A DNA stretch of 64,000 nt, taken from NCBI GenBank assembly GCA_964595645.1, contig CAZQQT010000004.1:143153-207152 (forward strand), written 5' to 3'. Shown here piece by piece: positions 1-10,014 of this stretch; position 1 is the stretch's first letter; every line of letters begins with the position of its first letter. A program made the translations under genes and the position numbers. This DNA comes from an uncultured Thermococci archaeon (GTDB lineage Archaea; Methanobacteriota_B; Thermococci; Methanofastidiosales; B48-G16). The notes beneath the pieces are model-generated. The model made no database searches. It had not been told where the DNA came from and saw only the letters and a program-made list of their open reading frames with translations.

Positions 1-56
1 AATCGTAGAAGAGAAGTACTATGAAATTCGTTAAAAGCTAAAATATGGTGATGAAT

Positions 57-965
57 ATGAGAATGCTCGTGACAGGAGGCGCAGGGTTCATCGGGAGTAA
101 CCTGGTGGATCTGCTCGTAGAGAAAGGACACGATGTTGTGGTGGTCGACAATCTCCACACCGGAGCGAAAGAGAATATTCGAGAGTTTAAAAAAGATATA
201 GAGCTCATTCACAAGGACTGTGGAGACGTGACATCGGAAGAAGTTGATGAGATTGACGGAATCTTCCATATGGGGATCTACTCTTCTTCCCCAATGTACT
301 GGGAGGATCCCTCGCTCGTTGGGGAAGCAGTCAACGACTTCCTGCACATGCTGGATCTAGCTCGAGAAAAGAACGTGAAGATGGTCTGGGCGTCCAGTTC
401 CTCCATTTACAACGGGAACCCCACGCCGTGGAGAGAGGATATGCCTATTTATGTGAAGGATTACTACACGGAGGCACGGTACTCCATGGAACGGCTCGCT
501 AAACTCCACTACGACTGGCACGGAACGGAGACGATCGCACTCCGGTTCTTCTCCGTGTACGGACCGAAGGAAAAGGCGAAGGGACGGTACGCGAACTTGG
601 TGTCACAGTTCTTATGGAAAATGCAGGAGGGAGATACGCCGGTGATCTACGGCGACGGTACGCAGACACGGGATTTCACGTACGTCGACGATGTCACAGA
701 GGCCATTCTCGCCGCGTTCAATGCGGAAATCGAACACGATATCTTCAATGTCGGCACGGGCGAATGCTACAGTCTTAACAAGCTCGTGGAGATTCTCAAC
801 GAGATACTGGAAACTGATATCACACCAAAGTACGTGGAGAACCCGATAAAGGGATACGTGCAGGAAACACTGACAGACACGACCAAGGCGAAAAAGGAGC
901 TGGGGTTTGAGGCGTCGATAGGGCTGAGAGAAGGGATAGGAAAGTTGGTTGATGAAGGAGAGTAA
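57..965 (+). CDS. NAD-dependent epimerase/dehydratase (extended SDR, nucleotide-sugar)
   Basis: TGGAGFIG Rossmann motif, SSSSIY, YxxxR variant (YTEAR), RFFSVYGP, RDFTYVDD; GGTGA RBS at 47-51 favours ATG 57. Confidence 0.9.
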   Translation: MRMLVTGGAGFIGSNLVDLLVEKGHDVVVVDNLHTGAKENIREFKKDIELIHKDCGDVTSEEVDEIDGIFHMGIYSSSPMYWEDPSLVGEAVNDFLHMLDLAREKNVKMVWASSSSIYNGNPTPWREDMPIYVKDYYTEARYSMERLAKLHYDWHGTETIALRFFSVYGPKEKAKGRYANLVSQFLWKMQEGDTPVIYGDGTQTRDFTYVDDVTEAILAAFNAEIEHDIFNVGTGECYSLNKLVEILNEILETDITPKYVENPIKGYVQETLTDTTKAKKELGFEASIGLREGIGKLVDEGE

Positions 966-967
966 CA

Positions 968-2218
968 ATGAACATCTCAATTATTGGCACAGGTTACGTT
1001 GGGCTCGTGACAGGAGCCTGCCTCGCCAGCCTTGGCCATACCGTGACCTGCGTGGATATCGTACAGGAAAAAGTAGATCGTATCAATAACAAACAGCCAC
1101 CTATTTATGAAGGGGGGCTGGAAGAGATATTACAGGAGACGGTGGGAACAAGGCTGTCAGCCACCACAGACCTCAAAAAAGCGGTACTTAACTCTGACAT
1201 CACATTCATCTGTGTGGGGACGCCCTCAAAGGAAGATGGATCCATCGATTTGATGTATATAAAAAAAGCCGCAAGGCAAATAGGCACGGCCCTCAAAGAG
1301 AAAGAGGAGTACCATCTGGTGGTAGTAAAATCCACCGTTATTCCTGGAACAACAGAAAAAATAAAAGAAATTATAGAAAAATCCTCAGGAAACCAACACT
1401 TCGGCATCTGTATGAACCCCGAGTTTCTTAGGGAGGGAAAAGCAGTCCACGATTTTATGCATCCCGATCGGATTGTAATCGGTGTCGACGAGAAAAAAAG
1501 CGGCGATATGCTCGACAAATTGTACAAAAATTTTTCATGCCCAATCCTCCGCGTTGATATACGAACGGCAGAGATGATAAAGTACACGTCCAACGCGTTT
1601 CTCGCAACGAAAATCTCCTTTATCAATGAGATCGGGAATATCTGTAAGAAATTAGGCATCGACGTGTACGATGTCGCCGAAGGGATGGGGTTAGACACAC
1701 GGATCTCGCCGAAGTTCTTACGGGCGGGCTGTGGGTTTGGCGGCTCGTGTTTTCCCAAGGACGTGAAGGCACTGATTGCCAAAGCGATGGAGCTGACCTA
1801 CGATCCCACGCTCCTCGAAAGTGTGATGAAGGTAAACGAGCGGCAGCCGCTACAAATGATTGAGCTGCTGAAAAATAAGCTAGGAGATGTAGAAAACAAA
1901 AATATCGGCGTACTGGGGCTTGCCTTTAAGCCCGAGAGCGACGATATTAGAGAGTCCCGTGCGATCCCGATCATTCAGGGGCTAATAGAAGAAAACGCGA
2001 ATGTCTACGCGTACGATCCAAAAGCAATGGGACACATGAAGGAACGCTTCCCAGAAGTAAGGTATGAAGACAATGCTCAGTCCGTGATAGACAAAACTGA
2101 GGCCGTGTTACTAGTCACAGCATGGCAGGAGTTTAAAAATCTCAACTATAACAATAAACTGGTGATCGACGGTAGAAAGATTCTCGAAGGAAACAACTAC
2201 GAGGGGATATGTTGGTGA
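968..2218 (+). CDS. ugd: UDP-glucose 6-dehydrogenase
   Basis: IIGTGYVGL, KSTV.PGT, NPEFLREG, catalytic GFGGSCFPKD, GLAFKP..DD.RES. Confidence 0.93.
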   Translation: MNISIIGTGYVGLVTGACLASLGHTVTCVDIVQEKVDRINNKQPPIYEGGLEEILQETVGTRLSATTDLKKAVLNSDITFICVGTPSKEDGSIDLMYIKKAARQIGTALKEKEEYHLVVVKSTVIPGTTEKIKEIIEKSSGNQHFGICMNPEFLREGKAVHDFMHPDRIVIGVDEKKSGDMLDKLYKNFSCPILRVDIRTAEMIKYTSNAFLATKISFINEIGNICKKLGIDVYDVAEGMGLDTRISPKFLRAGCGFGGSCFPKDVKALIAKAMELTYDPTLLESVMKVNERQPLQMIELLKNKLGDVENKNIGVLGLAFKPESDDIRESRAIPIIQGLIEENANVYAYDPKAMGHMKERFPEVRYEDNAQSVIDKTEAVLLVTAWQEFKNLNYNNKLVIDGRKILEGNNYEGICW

Positions 2219-2222
2219 TCAC

Positions 2223-3002
2223 ATGGTGAAGAAAGGAGTAATTCTCGCGGCTGGCGAGGGAACACGGCTGCGGCCTATCACGAAAGCGATTCCGAAGGAG
2301 ATGATTCGAGTCGGAAAAAAACCGACGATAGGGCACGTGGTTGAAGTACTACGGCATGGGGGGGTAGAGGAAGTGTTGGTGATCGTGGGAAGAAAGAAAC
2401 ACGCCATCATCGATTATCTGGGATCAGGGGATGAGTTTGGTATCGATGTGTACTATCGAGTCCAAGAAGAACCGAAGGGTACGGCCCACGCCACTGCCCT
2501 AGCCGAAACGTTCATCGATCACGACGACTTTGCCCTGATCTATGGGGACAACTACATCTCGCCGTACAACGTGATGAAAGAAATTGTTGCTTTTCATAAG
2601 CAAAAAAACGGTGCGGGGACTTTGGTCTTGAACCCTGTCAACGATCCTCGCCGTTTTGGGGTGGTAAACCTCGATGATGAGAACAAAGTACGTGGAATCA
2701 TAGAGAAACCCACCTTGAAAGAGGCCCAACCGTACAAACGGAACGATCACTGGCTGAATATCGCTGGGTTGATGATACTCTCATCCAAGATATTTACGTA
2801 TATACGAAAAGTGGAGCCGGGGAAAAACAACGAACTCTGGCTCACAGACGCCATTGAGCTGATGAGAAAGAATAAAAATGACCTCTACGGCTATATCTAT
2901 AAAGGGAAACGGTACGATATCGGGACCTTTGAGTCGCTGAAAAAAGCTGATGAGCTTGAGTTAGAAAGAAGAAAGGAAAATTCTAAAAACAAGAAAGAAT
3001 AG
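2223..3002 (+). CDS. Sugar-1-phosphate nucleotidyltransferase (RmlA/GalU-like)
   Basis: ILAAGEGTRLRPIT...PK, QEEPKGTAHA, GDN, IIEKP, DIGT. Confidence 0.9.
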   Translation: MVKKGVILAAGEGTRLRPITKAIPKEMIRVGKKPTIGHVVEVLRHGGVEEVLVIVGRKKHAIIDYLGSGDEFGIDVYYRVQEEPKGTAHATALAETFIDHDDFALIYGDNYISPYNVMKEIVAFHKQKNGAGTLVLNPVNDPRRFGVVNLDDENKVRGIIEKPTLKEAQPYKRNDHWLNIAGLMILSSKIFTYIRKVEPGKNNELWLTDAIELMRKNKNDLYGYIYKGKRYDIGTFESLKKADELELERRKENSKNKKE

Positions 3003-3013
3003 GTGCTGAAAAT

Positions 3014-3979
3014 ATGACAACAACACTTGTCACTGGTTCTGCGGGTTTTATTGGGTTCCATGTTGCGAGAGCTTTATTGGAGAAAGACGAACAAGTTGTA
3101 GGGATCGATAATGTAAACGATTATTATTCTCAGAGATTGAAGTGGGATAGGAATTCAATATTGGAAGAATGCAATGAGTACAAGTTTTATCATGAGGATC
3201 TTTGTGATTTGAACAAATTGGAAAATATTTTTGACAAACATAGTATAGATAGGATATGTCATCTCGCTGCGCAGGCAGGCGTACGCTACTCTGTAGAAAA
3301 TCCTCACGCATATCAGAAGTCCAATTTGGAAGGATTTACTAATGTGTTGGAGATGGCAAGATATAGTGATGTAAAGAATTTTGTGTATGCTTCTTCTTCC
3401 TCCGTGTATGGCGGCAATGAAAAGATTCCTTATTCGGTCGAGGATGACGTTACAAAACCTGTCTCGTATTACGCTGCTACAAAGGTTGCGAACGAGGTAA
3501 TGGCTCATTCGTACAGTCATCTGTACGATCTACCCTGCACAGGGCTACGGTTCTTCACTGTCTATGGACCGTGGGGGAGACCAGACATGGCTTTGTTCAA
3601 ATTCACGGACAGGATCGTAAATGGAAAATCCATTGACGTGTACAACTACGGTGATATGAAAAGGGATTTTACCTATATCGACGATATTGTAGAAGGTGTT
3701 ATTTCCTCGCTAAACAAGGCGTTTGATTATGAAATATTTAATCTAGGAAACAATACTCCTATAGATTTGATGGATTTTATTGGAATGTTAGAAGATACAG
3801 TGGGGATGGAAGCTGAGAAGAACATGATGCCGATGCAGCCTGGAGATATGAAGATCACCTACGCCGATATTTCAACATCGCAAGAAAAACTGGGGTATGA
3901 ACCTAAAACTGATTTGAAAGAAGGTACCAAAAAATTTGTAGAGTGGTATATGGATTATTATAACGTAAGGTTGAGGTGA
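3014..3979 (+). CDS. UDP-glucuronate 4-epimerase-like SDR
   Basis: TGSAGFIGFH, HLAAQAGVRYS, YAATK, RFFTVYGPWGRPDMA, typical of the UDP-GlcA 4-epimerase (CapI/WcaG) family. Confidence 0.88.
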   Translation: MTTTLVTGSAGFIGFHVARALLEKDEQVVGIDNVNDYYSQRLKWDRNSILEECNEYKFYHEDLCDLNKLENIFDKHSIDRICHLAAQAGVRYSVENPHAYQKSNLEGFTNVLEMARYSDVKNFVYASSSSVYGGNEKIPYSVEDDVTKPVSYYAATKVANEVMAHSYSHLYDLPCTGLRFFTVYGPWGRPDMALFKFTDRIVNGKSIDVYNYGDMKRDFTYIDDIVEGVISSLNKAFDYEIFNLGNNTPIDLMDFIGMLEDTVGMEAEKNMMPMQPGDMKITYADISTSQEKLGYEPKTDLKEGTKKFVEWYMDYYNVRLR

Positions 3980-3982
3980 AAG

Positions 3983-5256
3983 ATGGTATTAAAAATGAAA
4001 AAGGAAATAGAAAGAGGCGAAGCTACAGTGTGCATAGTTGGGCTGGGCTATGTCGGGTTACCCCTCGCGGAGGCATTCTCCAATCACATAAGAACTATAG
4101 GAATAGATATAGATAAGAATAAGCTAAAAACTATAGAAAAAAATAATAAAAATTTAATCTGTACCTCGGATCCTTCACTGATAAAACAAGCAGATTTTAT
4201 AATTATCACGGTACCAACACCAATAACGCAATCGAAAGAACCGGATTTATCCTATGTAAAATCTGCAGCAACGACGGTAGGAAAAAATCTCAAAAAAGGT
4301 GCAACGGTGGTATTGGAATCGACCGTGTACCCTGGTGTAACTGAAGAAATCGTTGTTCCTATTTTGGAGTGTGAATCGGGACTTGTATGTGGAAAGGACT
4401 TTAAAGTCGGATATTCTCCCGAAAGAATTAACCCTGGCGATGAAGATCATACCTTAGACAAAATTACAAAAATCGTAGCAGGGATCGATGAAGACACAAC
4501 GGAAACGCTAGCTGAACTATATGGGCTGATTACCGATGTCTATAAAGCTAAGGACATTAAAACAGCGGAAGCGGCAAAGGTGATGAGAATATCCAACGAG
4601 AATTGAATATTGCGTTGATGAATGAGTTCTCTCTCATATTCGACAAAATGGGCTTAGATACAGATGCCGTGTTGGATGCTGCAGCGACAAAATGGAATTT
4701 TCATTGATATAGCCCTGGACTTGTAGGAGGGCATTGTATCCCTGTAGATCCGTATTATCTAGTATATAAAGCGAAGGAAATTGATCACCGTCCCCAGCAG
4801 CTGATCCTCGCGGGTCGTTCCATCAACGATAACATACCCAACCACGTGGCGGACATGACTATCAAGGATCTGAACGAAACGGGTAAAGTGATCAAGGATT
4901 CTAAGGTCATCGTGATGGATCTTACCTATAAAGAGAATGTAGCTGATACGAGGAAGTCTCCAGCTAAGGATCTGATAAAAGAGCTGAAGGCCTTCGATAT
5001 CGATGTTTACGGCTACGATCCTCTACTGAGTGGGGAGGAAATCAAAACCTTTGATGTGAAACCCTTGAGCAACATCAATAATCTAGATTTTGATGTGGAC
5101 AGCTTTGTTTTCACTGTTTCACACAATGAGTTCAAAGATATATCAATAAATAACTTGAAAGCTTTGACTAATACTAACCTGTTGCTCATCGATGTACGAG
5201 GAATATTTTCGAAAGATGAGTCTGAAAAAAATGGGTTCATCTATAGAACACTGTAG
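3983..5256 (+). pseudogene. UDP-N-acetylhexosamine 6-dehydrogenase (WbpO/TviB type), disrupted
   Basis: GLGYVGLP, ESTVYPG, SPERINPG. 1-nt deletion at 4584/4585 (gtg at_ gag) shifts the conserved [14 protein letters not shown]; in-frame TGA at 4705-4707 before PGLVGGHCIPVDPYY; frame continues to TAG 5254-5256. Confidence 0.9.
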
Positions 5257-5386
5257 GTACAGAATTACAAATGATCGAAAAGGGTGTATGAAAAAACAGA
5301 CGTAGTTCGTGTACAAACAGCGTCTGTTACCTGACGGCGTTCGTGTATGAATCACCTGACGTCATTCGTAATGAAATTGGGGATAA

Positions 5387-5486
5387 CAAACGCTGTTCGT
5401 ACAAAATATTTGGATGAGTCGATAAGGATTTTTTGATGTCTGGATAAGAAATCAGTTAACGGCAATTGGATTATGAACAGCGTTTG
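5387..5486. repeat. 100-bp segment bounded by 12-bp perfect inverted repeats (MITE-like remnant?)
   Basis: CAAACGCTGTTC 5387-5398 / GAACAGCGTTTG 5475-5486; extends to 15 bp with one mismatch. Confidence 0.4.
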
Positions 5487-5544
5487 GTGGGGTTGGTAAA
5501 CATCCGTCCAATAACTTTAAAAGTTTAAGTCGTTTTCACTATGT

Positions 5545-6990
5545 GTGACTCTTAAGCAAACCGTTAAGGACATAGGCATAATCGGAATCTCAAAGATGCT
5601 ACTTTCAGTAGCAGGGATAATTTTAATCCCTTTTTTGACCAAGATCCTGGGCGAACACGATTATGGTTTGTGGGTACAGGTAAGTGCAACAATAGGCATT
5701 TTAAACCCCATCATCAGAATGGGGTTGCCCTATGCCACTGTGCGCATATTCCCTTCAAAAGATGATATCAAAGAGATCGGTAAGGATTTCTCTGCGATAA
5801 CTTTCCTTGTTCTAACCACTTCTATCTTCGCTTCCACATTGATATTTTTATTCCCTTCAATACTGGCAAATACAATATTTGAAGGACGTATTATAATCGT
5901 ACAAATCCTAGCCGTATTTTTGTTCGTCCGTTCTATGGATGAACTGTTCATAACTGTATTTAGAGCTTTTAGAGAGATGAGAACCTATGCCATTTTGGAA
6001 GTGACCACCAGATATTCCGAAATAGCTCTTGCAGTGTCTTTGGTTATAATGGGTTACGGCCTGATCGGAGCAGTACTCGCATTGGTATTTGTGAGAGGTT
6101 TATTGTTTATTGTTCTCACGATTTTAGTATCAAGAAAGTTAAAATTTACAAGACCTAAATTCTCCAGAACGAAGGAATATCTAAACTTTGGAATACCTCT
6201 AATACCTTCCGATCTTTCAGTATGGTTGGTTAGCACTAGTGATAGACTTCTGATAGGTTTCTTTTTGGGTGCTACCTTTGTTGGTTATTATACTCCTGGC
6301 TACATGTTAGGGATGGCAATACCTGCAATGTTCACTGGAGTTCTCGTTTTTGTTTTAACGCCTGCCTTTTCAGAATATTACGAAAATAATGATTTGTCAA
6401 CTATCTATGTGATAACAAGCTATTCGGTGAAGTTCTTTTTGATTATCTCTTCTCTTTATTTTATAGGTGTACTACTCTTCGGAAGACGTATTCTTGAAAT
6501 ATTTGCAACCCCTGCAATTGCAGAAAACGGTTACATCATAATTATTTTTACATCTATTACGGGTTTCTTTATGGGTATTTACACGCTTTTTTCAAGATAT
6601 ATAATATTAAAAAATCGAACAAAATTAATAGCGAGTTTTTGGATGATCGCAAGTTTCGTGAATATTTCAGGAAATATTTTGTTAATCCCACGCATCGGTA
6701 TAATCGGTGCTGCAATTACAACCGTTATATCCTACTTCATACTGGTTACATTAGCTTTAAACTTTGCATTGAAAAACTTTGATATCACAATAAAACTAGA
6801 TTATATTCCAAAATTGGTTGTTTCTTCTTTTCTTACCTCGATATTCATCTTTTTTTTAATCAATTATCTAACAATAACACCCATATACATCGACATCGTT
6901 TTGGGTTCGGGTTTTTATCTATTATCCGTTTTGATTTTTAAAATATTAAAAAAAGAAGAAATTACTTTCGTTAAGAGTATAATAGGATAA
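5545..6990 (+). CDS. Oligosaccharide flippase (Wzx/MOP superfamily)
   Basis: 481 aa with many TM segments; N-terminal IPFLTKILG..YG motif, DRLLIGFFLG...VGYY, LIPRIGIIGAAITT; TTTAAAAG TATA-like box at 5516-5523 before the GTG start. Confidence 0.88.
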   Translation: MTLKQTVKDIGIIGISKMLLSVAGIILIPFLTKILGEHDYGLWVQVSATIGILNPIIRMGLPYATVRIFPSKDDIKEIGKDFSAITFLVLTTSIFASTLIFLFPSILANTIFEGRIIIVQILAVFLFVRSMDELFITVFRAFREMRTYAILEVTTRYSEIALAVSLVIMGYGLIGAVLALVFVRGLLFIVLTILVSRKLKFTRPKFSRTKEYLNFGIPLIPSDLSVWLVSTSDRLLIGFFLGATFVGYYTPGYMLGMAIPAMFTGVLVFVLTPAFSEYYENNDLSTIYVITSYSVKFFLIISSLYFIGVLLFGRRILEIFATPAIAENGYIIIIFTSITGFFMGIYTLFSRYIILKNRTKLIASFWMIASFVNISGNILLIPRIGIIGAAITTVISYFILVTLALNFALKNFDITIKLDYIPKLVVSSFLTSIFIFFLINYLTITPIYIDIVLGSGFYLLSVLIFKILKKEEITFVKSIIG

Positions 6991-7019
6991 TGAGATAAAT
7001 TCATATCATTTTTTGATAA

Positions 7020-8156
7020 TTAAGCAATCACGTTTTTAAAAATTAAAACTATATCTGATTGGTTTAATACAATAGGATTGTTTTTCAAACGTTCCATATT
7101 TACTCTAGATACAAAATCATCTAATCGAATATTTTCACAAATATTCCCTAAATATGGTTCCAAACCTATCTCGTTCATCATTCGGCCGATGAAGTTTAAT
7201 GCCTCTACAGGAGATGAACCATCCATCAACGAATATAACTCTGATATAATCTCCTGATAATAATCCGTACCCCTTTTGTCTATCAGTTTATCAATATTTT
7301 CTCCATTATACTTCAAAAACTCCTTCATCATTATCGCAACTGCATGCCCATGTGGTATACCACATTTAGAGGTGATTACGTAGGAACATGCATGAGGGGC
7401 TGTAGTCTTTGAGATGTTAATAGCCTTTCCGGAAAGATTAGCTCCCTGTAACATGTTTTTTCTAGCTGCTAAATCATCTGGTTTTTCATACGCTCGGGAT
7501 ATGTTTTCGAGTATCAATTCAATAGCTTTTTTTGCATATTCTTTAGATTCTTCTGTCGAGTTAACACTCCAATATGATTCAATGCCCTGGCATAAAGCAT
7601 CCATGCCTGTACAAGCTGTTTGATACTTAGGTAAAGTTAACGTTAATTTAGGATCCAAGACCACATAATCCGGCAATATATATTCATGAGCAACCGAATA
7701 TTTTTTCCCATCCATGTAAACCACAGCAAAATGCGTAGCCTCGCTACCCGTTCCAGCAGTGGTTGGAACAGCTAGAAAGGGTAACCCGTTGGACTCGATA
7801 CTTTTTTCCTTCAAAACATATTTTTCTGGATTAGACTCTTGGAAAGAAAATATGTTGATCAACTTAGCAACATCAATGGCACTCCCTCCACCTACAGCCA
7901 TAACTAAATCATTATCGTTTTTATTAAATTGTTCTACCCCATTTTTTATCTCTTCAATTTTAGGATTCGAAGAATAATCTGTGAACTCGTCGAATTCAAC
8001 ATCCATCTCATCTTTGATTTTTTCTAACTCCTCTTTAGCTCCATTCATCGAAAAGGATTTTTCACCATGAACTAGAAAAACTTTTTCAGCTTCTAAGTCA
8101 TCCAAAACAACTCTAGTTTTTTCGATTGCTCCATCCTCAAAGAATTCTTTAACCAT
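7020..8156 (-). CDS. Phosphonoacetaldehyde reductase (Fe-containing alcohol dehydrogenase, FomC/PhpC-like)
   Basis: GGGSAIDVAK, PTTAGTGSEAT, DAL.Q.IES, H...Y, HG.A Fe ligands; last gene of the pepM-ppd operon; GGTGA RBS favours ATG 8156. Confidence 0.88.
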   Translation of the reverse strand: MVKEFFEDGAIEKTRVVLDDLEAEKVFLVHGEKSFSMNGAKEELEKIKDEMDVEFDEFTDYSSNPKIEEIKNGVEQFNKNDNDLVMAVGGGSAIDVAKLINIFSFQESNPEKYVLKEKSIESNGLPFLAVPTTAGTGSEATHFAVVYMDGKKYSVAHEYILPDYVVLDPKLTLTLPKYQTACTGMDALCQGIESYWSVNSTEESKEYAKKAIELILENISRAYEKPDDLAARKNMLQGANLSGKAINISKTTAPHACSYVITSKCGIPHGHAVAIMMKEFLKYNGENIDKLIDKRGTDYYQEIISELYSLMDGSSPVEALNFIGRMMNEIGLEPYLGNICENIRLDDFVSRVNMERLKNNPIVLNQSDIVLIFKNVIA

Positions 8157-8157
8157 A

Positions 8158-8868
8158 TCAATCACCTAAAAAACTTTTAGCCTTTTTCAAATCAGGTTCA
8201 GTATCTATCTCCATGCAGAAAAGATCAGAAAAATCAACACTTTGTATCTTTAATTTTTCTTTTTTCAATAAGGGATTCAAAGCGTTTTCAGCGTACACCC
8301 CTTTTTTTCCATCTTCTACAAAACTTTCCATGGACCCCATCCATCTTTTAAAATCTTCATTTTTCAAAAAATAAAATGGCATAAAACCTACTTTTCCATC
8401 TATATCTACACCTATCTCTTTTACAAATCCATCTTCTATACAAGCATTGAAATCTTTTTTTAATGATTCGTCATGATTCACGAGTCCACGGCTATACTTA
8501 TCATCATATAACAGTAAATCTAAAATCCTTTTTTCGAATACTAAATCGCCGTGTAGTAACAAAATATCTTCAGGCCCGATCAATTCCTTTGCCAGATAGA
8601 GAGAATAGATATAATTTGTAGATTTGTATTCTAGATTGTGTACGTATTCGATTTTTAACTCGTTATAAACTTCTTCAACATGTTCTTTTAGTTTATCTTC
8701 AAAGGGTCCTGTTGTTATGACAATCTCCTTGATACCTTTCTCCGAAAGCAATCTTAGCTGCCTAGACAATATAGTTTCATCATTTAATTCCACCATGCAT
8801 TTAGGCTTGTCATCGGTATAGTGCCCCATCCTCTTACCTTCACCTGAATTAAGGATTATAGCCTTCAT
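8158..8868 (-). CDS. Phosphonate/phosphocholine cytidylyltransferase-family NTP transferase (LicC/PntC-like)
   Basis: KAIILNSG.GKRM....PKCM, TNYIYSLY, HGDL, EIDT..DL; located between ppd and the reductase. Confidence 0.82.
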   Translation of the reverse strand: MKAIILNSGEGKRMGHYTDDKPKCMVELNDETILSRQLRLLSEKGIKEIVITTGPFEDKLKEHVEEVYNELKIEYVHNLEYKSTNYIYSLYLAKELIGPEDILLLHGDLVFEKRILDLLLYDDKYSRGLVNHDESLKKDFNACIEDGFVKEIGVDIDGKVGFMPFYFLKNEDFKRWMGSMESFVEDGKKGVYAENALNPLLKKEKLKIQSVDFSDLFCMEIDTEPDLKKAKSFLGD

Positions 8869-8877
8869 GGTCTCACT

Positions 8878-10014
8878 TTAATCCTGCAAAAAATCCATGA
8901 ACATCTCTTTTCTTTCTATCGGTCCGATATCTGGCCTACCTAAATCTTTTCTAGCACCTTTTTTAACTCTAACTTCAAGAAGAGCTGGTCCTTTTGTTTT
9001 CAACAACTCCTTAATTTTCTCATCTACTTCCGATGGAGTGTTAGCTTTCATTACTTTGTTATATCCCGCTCCTTCAGCAATCTTTTGGAAATCTACAACT
9101 GGAGCAGCTGTAGGCTGACCACCTACAGAATCGTGGGCACAGTTATTTAGTATTACATGTTTAAGATTGACTGCATCATTCAAGCTTATTGTAGATAAAA
9201 CTCCCATGTGCATGATCAAAGAACCGTCACCTTCAATGCATATAACCTGTTTATCTTCATTTCTTAAAGCTATCCCTAAAGCTATCTGTGAGGCGTGTCC
9301 CATCGAACCGACCATCAAAAAATCTTTCTCATGTCCTTGGTTCAATCTTCCACGTACTTCGTAAAGCTCCCTAGATATCTTACCTGTGGAAGAAACCACA
9401 AGATTTTCTCCAGTCTTCCATTCAATATTTTTTATAATCTTCTCGATCGCTTCTTCCCTAGTAATATCACAACTGATATTTTCATCCTGTTCTAAAGTAT
9501 ATTCTAAGAAAGTTCCTCTCTTAACAACTAATGCTCGAGGTTTTTTATCGTCTTTCATATCCTTAACAATCTCTTCGACCAAAGCTTTAGCTTCTGATAT
9601 CTTTTCAGGCAAAACAAAGTTGGGTATATCCATAGTATCCAACAGATCTCTAGTGACTTTCCCTTGTTTGATGTGCTGACAGGTATCTTTCTTACCTGGT
9701 TCACCTCTCCATCCTATCATCAAAAGAACAGGTATATTGTACACTTCTTCATCTACCAAAGACAACAGCGGATTAGTAGCATTTCCCATACCAGAATTTT
9801 GCATGTAGACCAGTGGAATTTTTCCTGTGGACAAGTAATACCCCGACGCTACACCAATTGCATTACCTTCATTCGCAGCGATAATATGATTTCCTTTAGA
9901 TACGTTATCTGTGACATAGGCACAAAAACACTTCAGTAATGAATCAGGAACTCCAGTAAAAAACTCTACATCATTATCAATCAATGTAGAGAAAAATTCT
10001 CCAGGATCTAACAT
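8878..10014 (-). CDS. ppd: Phosphonopyruvate decarboxylase
   Basis: FFTGVPDSLLK, ANEGNA, YMQNSG.GN..NPL.SL, FLMVGSMGHASQIALG, ThDP motif GDG...NN, HDSVGGQ. Confidence 0.95.
   Translation of the reverse strand: MLDPGEFFSTLIDNDVEFFTGVPDSLLKCFCAYVTDNVSKGNHIIAANEGNAIGVASGYYLSTGKIPLVYMQNSGMGNATNPLLSLVDEEVYNIPVLLMIGWRGEPGKKDTCQHIKQGKVTRDLLDTMDIPNFVLPEKISEAKALVEEIVKDMKDDKKPRALVVKRGTFLEYTLEQDENISCDITREEAIEKIIKNIEWKTGENLVVSSTGKISRELYEVRGRLNQGHEKDFLMVGSMGHASQIALGIALRNEDKQVICIEGDGSLIMHMGVLSTISLNDAVNLKHVILNNCAHDSVGGQPTAAPVVDFQKIAEGAGYNKVMKANTPSEVDEKIKELLKTKGPALLEVRVKKGARKDLGRPDIGPIERKEMFMDFLQD

Noticed and set aside
1-34. 3' end of an upstream CDS (IVEEKYYEIR*)
   Set aside because: Too short at the window edge to assign
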